Origin: Oculina patagonica
Lineage: Eukaryota
NCBI RefSeq assembly: GCF_052425735.1
Contig: NC_135767.1
Span: 6,758,001-6,822,000, forward strand
DNA: 64,000 nucleotides
Reading direction: 5' to 3'
Under the pieces are notes generated by a model, which was given only the letters and a program-made list of their open reading frames with translations, was not told the DNA's origin and did no database searches. The position numbers were made by a program, and so were the translations under genes. This document shows, piece by piece, positions 1 to 13,017 of the stretch. Within the stretch, counting starts at the first letter, position 1. The number at the start of each line of letters is the position of its first letter.

Positions 1-592
1 ACTTCAATTAAAGAAAGGTGGAATATCTGCTGCATAGATTTATTTCGACATTTTTATTGCTCTTTAGTGACACAGTATAAATCTTATTGCCAATAACGAA
101 AACGAACGTACATGCATAATTAATAAAAGCTAGTCGAACGAAAGAAAATGATCACTTTAATTTCCAAGCTTCAAGAATTTCAGATTCTCACAAGTGTTAT
201 AAAGGTTTTCCAGTTACAAATTAAGGAAGGATAAATTATCTCTTGATACTATAATTCAACTATAGCAGTAGAAAAAACGTATTTGAAGATTAGGAATTCA
301 AGTTTTTAAGTGTGCAGTTCGCGTAAGATGAAATTTCAAATTAGATCTCCGAGGCTTTCTTCAATAAATTCATAATTTTAACCGATGCAGATAATTAAAA
401 AAAATTGAAAATTAGATAAAACTCTTAAATCAGGAAACAACTGAATTTTTGAACAAAATTCGCTAAAGGAAGGAGTGTAATCTTTGTTTGGAGCCGTCGG
501 TAAATAACAGCTTTCTTTTTACAATCTAGGTTTTGTGCTGGCAGGATCAGACAAACAGTTCTACATTATACAAAGTACAAATTTTCTCTTAC

Positions 593-695
593 CGTTCTTG
601 TTTTCTGTTGACAATTTAGTGTCAGCCACAGCACCGGAAGCCATGAGAGCAATAACAAGAAGAGAGGGCAAAATCTTCGCAGTGAACGCTTCCAT
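593..695 (-). CDS. Signal-peptide first exon (proximal) of endonuclease gene A; rest of gene lies left of the window
   Basis: ATG at 695 gives MEAFTAKILPSLLVIALMASGAVADTKLSTENKN + G|GTAAG phase-1 donor. Homologous to 50095-50194. Window bases 1-37 match 47491-47527, which is intron 1 of endonuclease B. Confidence 0.8.
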
Positions 696-2655
696 CTCAA
701 ATTTAGGTGAGAAGTAAAAACTGTATCAACGCGAAATTTAAGGAGAAACACGTCTGTGAAAGACCGCCAAGACAGAATGATGCAAATTTACCTCGTTGAA
801 CATTTACCTATGGTAGGAAAAATTGTTTAGGAATTTCGCCGGATGACTAAATTGTCCAATTACGCCGTAGGATGACATAACCTTGAATTTCAATCTACCT
901 CATTCCTTAGAAATTTCAAATATTTTTCTAATACGTCATTCACTGGAGCAGAAAATAGCAATGTTTGTGAGGTTCTTTAAAAAAAATCAAGGCGAAGAGC
1001 AGATTTAAACTTTTCATTTTTATCACTGATTTGAAAAGGGATCAAGAAAATAAATAAGTTGAAATTTGAAATCTTCGACATGCAATGTACCGTCCTGCAG
1101 TTCTCAGACAATTAAGATTGGGTTTTTAACACAAGATAAATTTTCGGAATTTTTTTATTATTAGCGATACAACATTTTAGGCCTCTTAACGTGAATGGAA
1201 GCACGGCAGCAGGTTAACTTTGTTGAAAACGAGAACCTTTAAAGCTATTAGATTTAAAGGCAAAGTGAAAACTTCTAAGGAGTTTCTGAAAAGTTTATTT
1301 TGTGTCAATTTTCTCCTTCCAAAAACTTGCTTTTCTTATGCTGAAATATCTCATAAAAGAAAATCAATTTTAAATATTTTTTAACTTCAATGCAATCGTT
1401 TCAAGGTGAGCGGCAATTGAGAATGCAATTGAGAATAAGAATGAATTATCAAAAAAGCCTTGAAAATCTAAATTGTAAAGTTAAAATTCTATTGTACGTA
1501 AGTATAGCTTAAATCTTATCCTTTTATTTTGTAAAGGGTTGATTATCAATTAAAACAAAATTAATTAACTGGAAATACCGTGCCTTCTACTGAAGAGAGC
1601 TATTGCGTTCAGATCCTGGTTAAATGTCATTTGTTTAAAAAGAAAATTGTGCGTTATCAGTAAGAATGATGAGATCGAGACACAATCATTTGCCATGAGT
1701 TTTGAAATTAGAACATGCATTTATTCGGTACCAGTTGTCAGATAAACCCAGTCAAACCGTTCTCTTATATAGAATTCACTTGATCAACTGAAGTTAATAT
1801 ATAACAATTTGTAATTCTTTCATAAGTGACCCATAAGTGGTCAGTTCTTCAGTTGACAGGAAAAGTTTTGACCGTTTTAGTAGAAGGTTCTTAAGTTAGT
1901 GAAAGTTTGTCCGTTGAAAGCTGTAAGTAGATGATTTAAGACATCCTATTTTTAGTTCGAAAACTGAGGGGAAATAATAATTTATTTTCCGGTTCCATCC
2001 AGTTTAGAAGAGGTTAAGAAATATGGCTTGAAACTTATCATGGATTACAAAATTTGATAACTATACGTTAAGGAAAACTAAGCGACCACATAAACTATGT
2101 CGGACCACAGAGTCAACGTACAAACAAGAAGAAACCTTTACACAGCAAGAAAAACTTTTAAACTTTTAGATTATAACCCCGGCGAAAGCTTAAGGTAAGT
2201 GGTATTCGGAATTTCTAAGGAAGTTAAATTTGGCAAACTTAGATTAGCTCGCATAAAGAGTATTTGTGCCCAATTGACCAAAAGTGGAATCTTATTTACA
2301 TCATCTGAAGGAGAGGATTTGAAATTGCTTTCTATTTTCCACGTCAGATTTCGCCTCGCTTTTTCTTGTCCTTGTAAATAAAACGCAATAATATCGTGCC
2401 TTTGTAAAGCCCCTTTCACAGATTCGTTAATAAAAGAAATCCGATTATTAAAGCCAGCTAATACGAAATTAAATGACTGGAAAATTGCATTAAAAAATGA
2501 TTACTTAAACGAAACTGAATAAAAGTAAACGGGTAAAGTGTTTTGCTTTTACTGCCTCGGTAAAGCTTGATAGAGTTTTCTATTTCAATTTAGAATTAAA
2601 ATAGTGGGGTCTACAAAAGATGCTTGCATTTTACAAGATAAAATCTTCCGCTTAC

Positions 2656-2752
2656 CATTCTCGCTTTCCACTGACAATTTTTCAGTCACAGCACTTGATG
2701 CCATCAGTAAAATAAGCAGTAATGGAAAACTCTTCACAACGAACGCTACCAT
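2656..2752 (-). CDS. Second (distal) signal-peptide first exon of endonuclease locus A
   Basis: MVAFVVKSFPLLLILLMASSAVTEKLSVESEN + G|GTAAG (97 nt, phase 1). No nuclease body exons are seen between it and the 593-695 exon. Confidence 0.7.
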
Positions 2753-4289
2753 CTCAAATTTGAGAAATTCAGGTTAGAACTGCGCCAACACGGAATTCAA
2801 GGAGAGGTAAGTCTGGGCAAGGAAGAATAGGGCATTTACCCTGTTAAAAATTAACTTTTGGTCAATTAAGAATTTAGAGGTTGATCGGACTGTCCAATCA
2901 TGGGGTAGGATTGTGTGTTGACAATATATTGCTAAACTTCAACCGGAGTACTGCACTCTGAAGAAATTGAAAATATTTTCTCTTATGTGGAATTAACTAG
3001 ATCAGAAATGATAAAGATTACTTTGTGAAGTCCCTTAAACGTCAAAATGAAGAGAAAGCCTGCAACTCACATCCAAGTTAAGGCCGAATGGGGCGAATTT
3101 ACCTAGTTAAAAATTAACTTATGGCTCGATTGTCGAATCATATTTCGTTATATTTCAACTTTACTGTCAAGAAATTCAAAATATTTTCTCCAATGTGGAA
3201 TTGACTGGATCAGAAATGATGATCATGAACATTTGTGAAGTCCCTTAAAACTTCAAAATATTGAGTAGCTTTATTTAAGTTTTCAGTTTCGTCAAGATAA
3301 AAGGGTTATAAAAATATAGAGCCTATAATAAAGACATCTTTCCATATGGAAGCAGGTTGAACTATATTGAGCTCAATAAACGAACAAAGAAACCTTTTAA
3401 GATATTAGATTTCAAGGCGAAATAGATGATCTGCGAGTAGCTTCTGCGAAAATGAATTTTCTCCATCCTTTCTTCCATCAATCAGATTTCACATGAGCAG
3501 ACTTATGTTAAAAGACTGCCACTAACAATTTTAAGAACGATGATTTTATGACATGGGACACGGGATAGCGGGAAGTCTTAGAGAAATATCTTTCTTCAGA
3601 CATTCAAAAAAAGTCTCTCAAAGGTGGGAGAACAATATCCTCTTTAGCAATTTAAAATCTTCAAGGTAAATTTCAGCAGTTGGTTGCATTTTTCTAGAAA
3701 AAAAAGGTTTTAACTTTAACTAATTGAAATACCCAGTTCTCTAAGAGAATTATCAGTGAATCTCAGTTGGAATGAAGACGATTGGACCGATTGCCATTTT
3801 TAACATCTCAAAACCAATATATGGTAGCAGGTAAACTTTGTTCGACTGCAAACAATAAACAAAGAAAACCTTAGAAGCTATTAGATTTCAAGGTAAAGCG
3901 GATTTTTTAAGGCACTTCTGACAAAGTTTATTTTCTGTTCATTTTAATCTCGTGTAAAAATACATTGGTATATGGAGGTTAACTTTCTGTTACTGGGAAA
4001 TCCCATGTGCGATTTGCATTACGCCCTCCAATCCCTAGTTTGGGAATGAAAAAAATTATTAAAAGTTCGGTAGTAAAAATTTTGGCTTTCGACCAGTTAT
4101 TCGTAACTCCGAAATACATGCAAGCATTCCGTGCGTGTCGTTACTGAATACTGGTAAAAACAGTAGTAAATATATTAAGGGCTGTATGGAAAACAAGAGA
4201 ATGTTGTTTCAAATTTCAAGGACTTTTCAACACTCATTCAAAAGTTCAAGGACATTGGCAGATTCAACGACGTTTCAAGAAAACAGCCA

Positions 4290-7200
4290 AACTTTACATT
4301 TAAGGGCTTTTCAATACTGTTCGAAACGTGTTCCAGAAAGGGAATTTTGGCTGTATGTTGGCAATGACGGAAAACAGAAATTGTTAAAATTATCGAAACA
4401 AAGCAGCCACTAAGTGCATGTTAAAGGCGTTTTAACAATGGGATTCGGAGCAGGTTAAGCTTTGTTAAGCTTCGCCTTCGTCCCGCCTCATTTTTTCCGC
4501 GCTCACCCGCGCGCGTTATTCGCTCTCCCATAACTACCGAGAGCCTGGAACAGGCTAACTCGAATTATACCCCTGTGCAAGACGCCACTTTAATCGTACA
4601 TGTTTCGTCAATATGACTTTAGCAGAATAACTTGACATTCTTGTCATAAAGCGATAGCACTCAGAAATCACAATTTATTAGAAGCAATCCCCCAACGGTT
4701 CGACATAAAAGGACAGATTGAAAGTAAATAGCTACGATGCAATTTGCAAGGGCACGCTTATTCCAAGTGACGCCAAGGATCGTCAACATCTTTTATGGAA
4801 CGAATTGCCATACATATATATAAACAGTTTATTGTTCTCATTCTCATTTACAGAAACTCGCTGATTGCAGTCAAAACGTCTCCAAGCTTTCTTCGACTTA
4901 TTGCCTCAAAGAAAACTTTACATGTCAGGGCTTTTCAAGACTGTTGGACCATGTAATCTTAAGTGCTCGAAAAATCCAGCTTCTCAGTAAGGGATTTCGG
5001 TTGAATGTTGGAAATGACAAAAAATAGAAATTGTTAAAATTATTCAAACAAAGCGACCGCTAAGTGCATGTTAAAGGCGTTTTAACAATGGGATTCGGAG
5101 CAGGTTAAGCTTTGTTCGTGCTCATCTAGATTTCAAGGTAAGGTGATTTCTAAGGAGCTTTTGAGAAGGCTTATTTTCTTTCAATTTGCTTTATGATATG
5201 TCCAGGCTTTTACTCAGAAAAGAAAAATCAGTTTTATTACGTCCTCAATAGGTTAACTCATTCGAAATCTAATTTAAATAATCACAAACGAAATTAACCA
5301 GGGGGGGGGGGGGGGGGGGAAGAAATGAGGTCTGGGACCGAGTAGCGATGCTCTCACAACTTGCAAAGCGATCAATTCACGATGTAGTCAGCGGTTTTTG
5401 GACGATGATGCAACAGGCAATCATTTCCCGCGAAATGGAAGCTGCTATGTCGTGGAATCACTTATTATAAAGGGGTTCAATTCTCTTAACTAAAAATCTA
5501 AAAGCAGCGTGTTTAAATCCGAAAATTTCGTCATCGTCGTGTAGTTTTAAGAACGCAGAATTTTGTGAGCCGTGCTACTTTTCAGTGCTGAAATGCAAAT
5601 GTTTGACTTGTTTGTACCACGATTTTCAACTGGCCCACATGGGGATTGTAAATGAAGTAAAACAAAGAAAGACCAAGTCAACAAACAACCTCAAACAATA
5701 GAGCAAGAACAATAGCTCCGACCAGCGCGGGAATATTCGATCGCCACGTTTTCATTACCATTCCCGTGATGGTTTTATTTCATAACAAACACCACATATT
5801 GACACCAAGAACCTTTTCGGAGAAATTTTCGCTGCTTTAAAGTCAAAACTTAGAAAGTCTTTTTTATTACTACATATATAAAAAAAATCGAACTCTCTCA
5901 CTGGTCCCATGTTTTTGTTTTGGCAAGTTCACAAAGAAAGGAGCTGCTCATGCGCCTTAGAGACATCCGCTGACTACCGCCCCGATGATTGCTTTGCAAG
6001 TTGTGAGAGCATCGCTCAGATTTCATATAAGAGAATGTATGGGAAGTTGCTTCCCCCCCCCCCCCCCTGAAATTAACACATAATATAATAAAGCCAGCGG
6101 AATAAAATTAAAGTTAGACACATATTACTGTTTACTGTTCTCATTTTCAAGAAAATAAACACTTTAATTTAAAGTTGACATGAGAGTTTCTCATTCTTCC
6201 CAGTGTAAAGTAGATTGTCGGTTCATTCTTTAGACAATCAAAATAGTTTCTATTTGTCAAGGGTATTTCTGACACTAGAGCACGTGAAGATAACAAATCT
6301 CGAACACACTCGAATTATACCCCTGCGCAAGACGCCACTTTAATCTGATTGTACATGCTTTCGTCAATGTGACTTTAACAGAATAGCTAAACATTCTTGT
6401 CATTAAAGCGATAGCCCTCTAAAAATCATCATTTAGTTGAAGCAGTTCCCCCAACGGTTCGACATAAAAGAACAGATTCAAACTAAAATAAATTAAATAG
6501 CTCTGACGCAATTTGCAAGGGCACGCTTATTCCAAGTGTCGCCAAGGATCGTCAACATCTTTTTAAGGAACGAATGGTGAGTTAACGGAGCATACGGATC
6601 GTAAGATGCATTTAACGGATCGACATGGTGTGAGTGTACTGGACAACCCTGAAGTTAGCAAACATTTTATATGATTTCTTGGCCACAGCGAAATTATTTA
6701 CTACAATGGAATGAACTTCAAAAGAGAAGTTTCTCAACCTTTTCTTGTCGAACTACGACAAAATAACATCTTTTTACATTTTATTGAAATATTTTCCTTA
6801 CAGAAACTCGCTGAATGCAGTCAAAACGGCTGTATGTTGCACATGACGGAAAATAGAAATTGTTAAAATTATTCAAACAAAGCGGCCGCTAAGTGCACGT
6901 TAATGGCGTTTTAACAATGGCATTCGGAGCAGGTTAAGCTTTGTTCGTGTTCATCTACGACAAGGAAAATCTTTTAAGGCATTAGATTTCAAGGAAAGGT
7001 GATTTCCAAGGAGCTTCTGTCTCAGAAGGCTTATTTTCTTTCAATTTGCTTTTTGATATGTTCAGCCTTTTATTTTAAAAAGAAACATTAGTTTTATTAC
7101 GTCCTTGATAGGTTAACTCATTCCAAATCTAATTAATAATCACAAACGAAATTAACACATATAATAAAGCCAGCCGAATAAAATTAAAAATAGACACATA

Positions 7201-10200
7201 TAACTGTTTATTGTTCTCATTTTCAAGAAAATAAACACTTTAGTTTAATGTTGACATGAGAGTTTCTCATTCTTCCCAGTGTAAACTAGATTGTCGGTTC
7301 ATTCTTCAGACAATCAAAATAGTTTCTATTTTTCAAGGGAATTTCTGACACTAGAGCACGTGAAGATAACAAATCTCGAACACACTCGAATTATACCCCT
7401 GTGCAAGACGCCACTTAAATTGTACATTGAAGTTTCGTCAATGTGACTTTAGCAGAATAGCTAGACAATCTTGTCATTAAAGCAATAGCTCTCGGAAATC
7501 ATCATTTATTTGAAGCAGTCCCCCCCCCCCTCCCCCCCCCCCAACGGTTCCACATCAAAGAACAGATTGAAAAGGAATACCTCCGACGCAATTTGCAAGG
7601 GCACGCTTATTCCAAGTGACGCCAAGGATCGTCAACATCTTTTTATGGAACGAATGGTGAGTTTACGGAGAAAACGGATCATAAGCTCCGTTTAACGGAT
7701 CGACATGGTGTGAGTGGACTGGACAACCCTTCAGTTAGTACACATTTTATATGATTTCTCGGCCATAGCGAAATTATTTACTACAATCGAATGAACTTCA
7801 AAGAGAAGTTTCTCAAACTTTTCTTGCCGAACTGCGACAAAATTGCATTTTTTTACATTTCATTGAAACATTTTCCTTACAGAAACTCGCTGAATGCAGT
7901 CAAAACGTCTCCAAGCTTTCTTCCACTTATCGGCCGAAAGAAAACTTTACATGTAAGGGCTTTTCAAGACTGTTCGAACCATGTAATCTTTAGTACTCGA
8001 AAAATCCAGGTTTCCAGTGAGGGATTTCGGCTGTATGTTGGAAATGACGGAAAATAGAAATTGTTAAAATTATTCAAACAAAGCGGGCGCTAAGTGCATG
8101 TTAAATGCGTTTAACAATGGGATTCGGAGCAGGTTAAGCTTTGTTCGTGTTCATCTACGACAAGGAAAATCTTTTAAGCTATTAGATTTCAAGGTAAGGT
8201 GGAATTTCTAAGGAGCTCTTGAGAAAGCGCATTTTCTTTCAATTTTCTACTAACAATCTTAATGTTGCTTTTTGATATTTTCAGACTATTATTTAGAAAA
8301 AGAAAAATCAGTTTTATTACGTCCTTGCTAGATTAACTCATTCGAAATCTAATTAAAAATCACAAAGGAAATTAACACATAATATAATAAAGCCAGCCGA
8401 ATAAAATTATAGTTAGACATATTCAACTGTTAAGTGTTCTTATTTTCAAGCAAATAAACACTTAAATTTAAAGTTGACATGAGAGTTTATCATTCTTCCC
8501 AGTGCAAACAAGATTGTCTAATCACACGGGCTGCCGATATGCTCAAAGACGGTTCATTCTTCAGACAATCAAAAATAGTTTCTATTTATCAAGGGTATTT
8601 CTGAGACTGAAGCACGTGTAGAAAACAAATCTCGAACACACTCGAATTATAACCCTATGCAAGACGCCATTTTAATCGTACATGTTTCGTCAATGTGACT
8701 TTAGCAGAATAGCTTGACATTCTTGTCATTAAAGCGATAGCACTCAGAAATCATCATTTATTCGAGGCAGTTTCCCCAACGGTTCGACATAAATGGGCAG
8801 ATTGAAAATAAATAGCTCCAACGCAATTTGCAAGGGCACGCTTATTCCAAGTGACGCCAAGGATCGTCAACATCTTTTTATGGAACGAATGGTGAGTTAA
8901 CGGAGCATACGGATCGTAAGCTGCATTTTTAAATGCATTAAAATGGATCGACACGGTGTGAGTGTACTGGACAACCCTTAAGTTAGGACATATACGGATT
9001 AAGATCTCTCGGCCACAGCGAAATAATTTACTACAATGGAATGAACTTTAAAGAGAAGTTTCTCAAACTTTTCTCGTCGAACTGCAACAAAATTACATTT
9101 CTTTTTTACATTTTACATTTTACAGAAACTCGCTGAATGCAATCTAAACGTCTCGAAGCTTTCTTCGACTTATCGGCCGAAAGAAAACTTTACATGTACA
9201 GATGTATGGGCTTTTCAAGACTGTTCGAACCATGTTATCTTTAGTACTCGAAAAATCCAGCTTTCCAGTAAGTTAATTTCGGCTGTATGTTGGAACTGAC
9301 GGAAAATAGAAATTGTTAAAATTACGGTATTCAAACAATGCGGCCGCTAAGTGCATGTTAAAGGCTTTTTAACAATGGGATTCGGAGCAGGTTAAGCTTT
9401 GTTCGTGTTCATCTACGACAAGGAAAATCTTTTAAGCTATTAAATTTCAAGGTAAGGTGATTTCTAAGGAGCTTTTGAGAAGGCTTATTTTCTTTCAATT
9501 TGCTTTATGATATGTCCAGCCTTTTATTCAGAAAAGAAAAATCAGTATTATTACGTCCTTGCTAATAGGTTAACTCATTCGAAATCTAATTAATAATCAC
9601 AAACGAAATTAACACAATATAATAAAGCCAACCGAATATAATTAAAGTTAGACATATATAACTGTTTATTGTTCTTATTTTCAAGAAAATAAACACTTTA
9701 ATTTAATGTTGACATGAGAGTTTCTCATTCTTCCCAGTGTAAACTAGATTGTCGGTTCATTCTTCAGACAATCAAAATAGTTTCTATTTATCAAGGGTAT
9801 TTGTGACACTAGAGCACGTGTAGATAACAAATCTCGTACACAATCGAATTATACCCCTGTGCAAGACGCTTCTTTAATCGTACATGTTTCGTCAATGTGC
9901 TTCAGCAGAGTAGCTTGACGTTCTTGTTATTAAAGCGAAAGCACTCAGAAATCATCGTTTATTTGAAGCAGTCCCCTCCCTCCCGCCAACGGTTCGACAT
10001 AAAAGAACAGATTGAAAATAAAGTAGCTCCGATGAAATTTGCAAGGGCACGCGTATTCCAAGTGACGCCAACGATCGTCAACATCTTTTTGTGAAACGAA
10101 TGGTGAGTTAACGGAGCGTACAGATCATAAGCTGTATTTAACGGATCGACATGGTGCGAGTGTACTGGACAACCCTTAAGTTAGTACACATTTTAAATGA

Positions 10201-11619
10201 TTTCTCGGCCACAGCGAAATTTATTATTTACTACAATCGAATGAACTTCAAAGAGAAGTTTCTCAAACTGTTCTCGTCGAACTGCGACAAAATTGCATTT
10301 CTTTTTTACAATTTATTGAAATATTTTTCTTACAGAAACTCGCTGTATGCAGTCAAAACATCACCAAGCTTTCTTCCACTTGTCGGCCCTAAGAAACCTT
10401 TACATGTCTGGGCCTTTCAAGAAGGTTCGAACCATGCAATCTTTAGTACTAGAAAAATCCAGCTTTCCAGTAAGTGAATTTCGGCTGTATGTTGGAAATG
10501 ACGGAAAATAGAAATTGTTAAAATTATTCAAAGTGGCCGCTAAGTGCATGTTAAAGGCGTTTAACAATGGGATTCGGAGCAGGTTAAGCTCTGTTCGTGC
10601 TCATCTACGACAAGGAAAATTTAAGCTATTAGATTTCAAGGAAAGGTGGAAGTTCTAAGGAGCTTCAAAAAGCGTATTTTCTTTTACGTTCTCTGCCAAC
10701 AATCTTAACCTTGCCTTTTGATATATTCATGCACACTTTTATTTAGCAAAAATAAAAAATCAGTTTTATTGCTCCTTGCTAGGTTAACTCATTCGAAATC
10801 TAATTAATAATCATAAACGAAATTAACACATATTATAATAAAGCCAGCCGAAAAAAATTATAGTGAAACATATTCACCTGTTAAGTGTTCTTATTTTCAA
10901 GAAAATAAACATTTAAAGTTAAAGTCGACATGAGAGTTGACACGATAAAATTCTATACCTAAACCATCTTTTTCAAATGAACATCTTCAACTCAGATTTA
11001 ATAAACTTTTTTTTATGCAAGGACACAGAAGCTATATCCAAACAATAACCTCCATTTATAACAAGAGTATTTGCGGGACTGAAACACGTGTAGACAAGTA
11101 CCCTTGTTCTAGACGCCACTTTTTTGTACATGCTTTCGTCAATGTGACTTTAGCAGATTAGCTTGACATTCTTGTCATTAAAGCGATAGCACTCAGAAAT
11201 CATCATTTATTTGGAGCAGTTTCCCCAACGGTTAAAAAAAAAACAGATTTAAACTAAAATAAATAGCTCCGACGCAATTTGCAAGGGCACGCTTATTCCA
11301 AGTGTCGCCAACGATCGTCAACATCTTTTTGTGGAACGAATGGTGAGTTTCCGGAGCGTACGGATCATAAGCTGTATTTAACGGATTGACATGGGTGTGA
11401 GTGTATTGGACAACCCTGAAGTCAGTACACATTTTATATGATTTCTCGGCCACAACGAAATTATTTACTACAATCGAATGAACTTCAACTTTTTCTCAAA
11501 CTGTTCTCGTCGATTTGCAACAAATTATTATTTTTTTTTTACATTTAATTGAAATATTTTCCATATACAGAAACTCGCTGAATGCAGGCAAAGCGTCTCC
11601 AAGCTTTCTTTGACTTATT
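4290..11619. repeat. Tandem array of ~1.1-1.25 kb units (at least 6 copies), running into an assembly gap
   Basis: Marker GCAAGGGCACGC(T/G)TATTCCAAGTG at ~4747, 6515, 7595, 8830, 10041, 11281. Copies differ by substitutions and indels. Confidence 0.95.
5299..6069. mobile_element. Non-autonomous hAT-like DNA transposon with poly-G/poly-C termini
   Basis: CAGGGG...CCCCTG ends; 8-bp TSD AAATTAAC (5291-5298/6070-6077); subterminal inverted repeat AGCGATGCTCTCACAACTTGCAAAGC. Other array units show the empty site. Confidence 0.85.
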
Positions 11620-12119
11620 NNNNNNNNNNNNNNNNNNNNNNNNNNNNNNNNNNNNNNNNNNNNNNNNNNNNNNNNNNNNNNNNNNNNNNNNNNNNNNNNN
11701 NNNNNNNNNNNNNNNNNNNNNNNNNNNNNNNNNNNNNNNNNNNNNNNNNNNNNNNNNNNNNNNNNNNNNNNNNNNNNNNNNNNNNNNNNNNNNNNNNNNN
11801 NNNNNNNNNNNNNNNNNNNNNNNNNNNNNNNNNNNNNNNNNNNNNNNNNNNNNNNNNNNNNNNNNNNNNNNNNNNNNNNNNNNNNNNNNNNNNNNNNNNN
11901 NNNNNNNNNNNNNNNNNNNNNNNNNNNNNNNNNNNNNNNNNNNNNNNNNNNNNNNNNNNNNNNNNNNNNNNNNNNNNNNNNNNNNNNNNNNNNNNNNNNN
12001 NNNNNNNNNNNNNNNNNNNNNNNNNNNNNNNNNNNNNNNNNNNNNNNNNNNNNNNNNNNNNNNNNNNNNNNNNNNNNNNNNNNNNNNNNNNNNNNNNNNN
12101 NNNNNNNNNNNNNNNNNNN
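11620..12119. other. Assembly gap (500 N)
   Basis: Run of N. Confidence 1.
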
Positions 12120-12639
12120 ATGCGCAAAAGAGAAGTGCTCTGGGGTCGAGAATGAAGGCGTCCTGTTACATGCGAAATAACTCCAGAAATTTAAAGAGCT
12201 TATGAAACGTAATAAACGGCGAAATTTTCAGCTCTTTGCGTGAAATATTGAAGGAGATATTAGCTTTCAAAAACTGCAAAATTTCTAAAAGGTAAAACCG
12301 CTAATGAGCCCATACATTCTATGTAAAATTTTGAGTTTACAAATCCGCGTAAAAGAGAAAGCATTAAAAAAGTCAGGTTCAAATTTATAGCAAAAGTTAA
12401 TCGCGTCATGCTTTTTCAATATACATAACTGATATTTTTGTAGCTCGATCAGAAACTGAAGCTCTTATGCTAATGAGGCAAAATTGTAAACAAAGATTCC
12501 CCTATAAATTTCTCACATCTTTGTAACAACGTTTTGAAAATTTCTAATGGGTTCCATCTGTTTTGATCATGGCCAATTAAAACCGAAGACGTTTGAAGGT
12601 GAAACGAACATGAAAATTGCTAGCTTTCGTGCTAGCTTT

Positions 12640-12975
12640 TGTTTAATAGTCAAAACTCGTTGTTTTTTGTATTTCTTGGAGCTCTGTTTGAGCAAAATGG
12701 AGATGCACAAACAAGCATTTTGACAAACAAAAGCCACTACGAAGAAACAAGGAGTTTCGAGTATTTAAATTTTCCCGCCAAACTTCAGGCTGAGCTCTTT
12801 AACGTCACGCATACATTACATTCCAAGATGGCGGCGTTCAGTTGTCGAGTTTTGGGAAAGATTTCGTAGGGTTATAGCGCATGTTGGAGGCCGAACTTTT
12901 GGTGAATAACATATCTTTGTATAAACTTTTTATTGGCGTAAAGAAAATAAATGGCCATTCTGGAGTGAACTTCTC
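12640..12975. mobile_element. Truncated fold-back MITE (loop + right arm), Kolobok-like
   Basis: 12755-12975 is the reverse complement of 62052-62285. 12640-12756 matches 62261-62366 directly. Confidence 0.7.
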
Positions 12976-13017
12976 AAACGAAGCATGTACACTAAGTAAT
13001 AAAATCTTAATTCTTAC

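Noticed and set aside
535-717. Plus-strand ORFs over exons (also 50040-50294, 24013-24225, 39997-40290, 61605-61970)
   Set aside because: Antisense shadows of minus-strand exons.
7791-10477. Recurring ORFs (MNFKEKFLKLF...) and plus-strand splice-like signals (TTACAG|AAAC, CCA|GTAAG) in the tandem array
   Set aside because: Other copies have frame-breaking indels and stops and there is no recognisable domain. A non-coding transcript cannot be excluded without RNA data.
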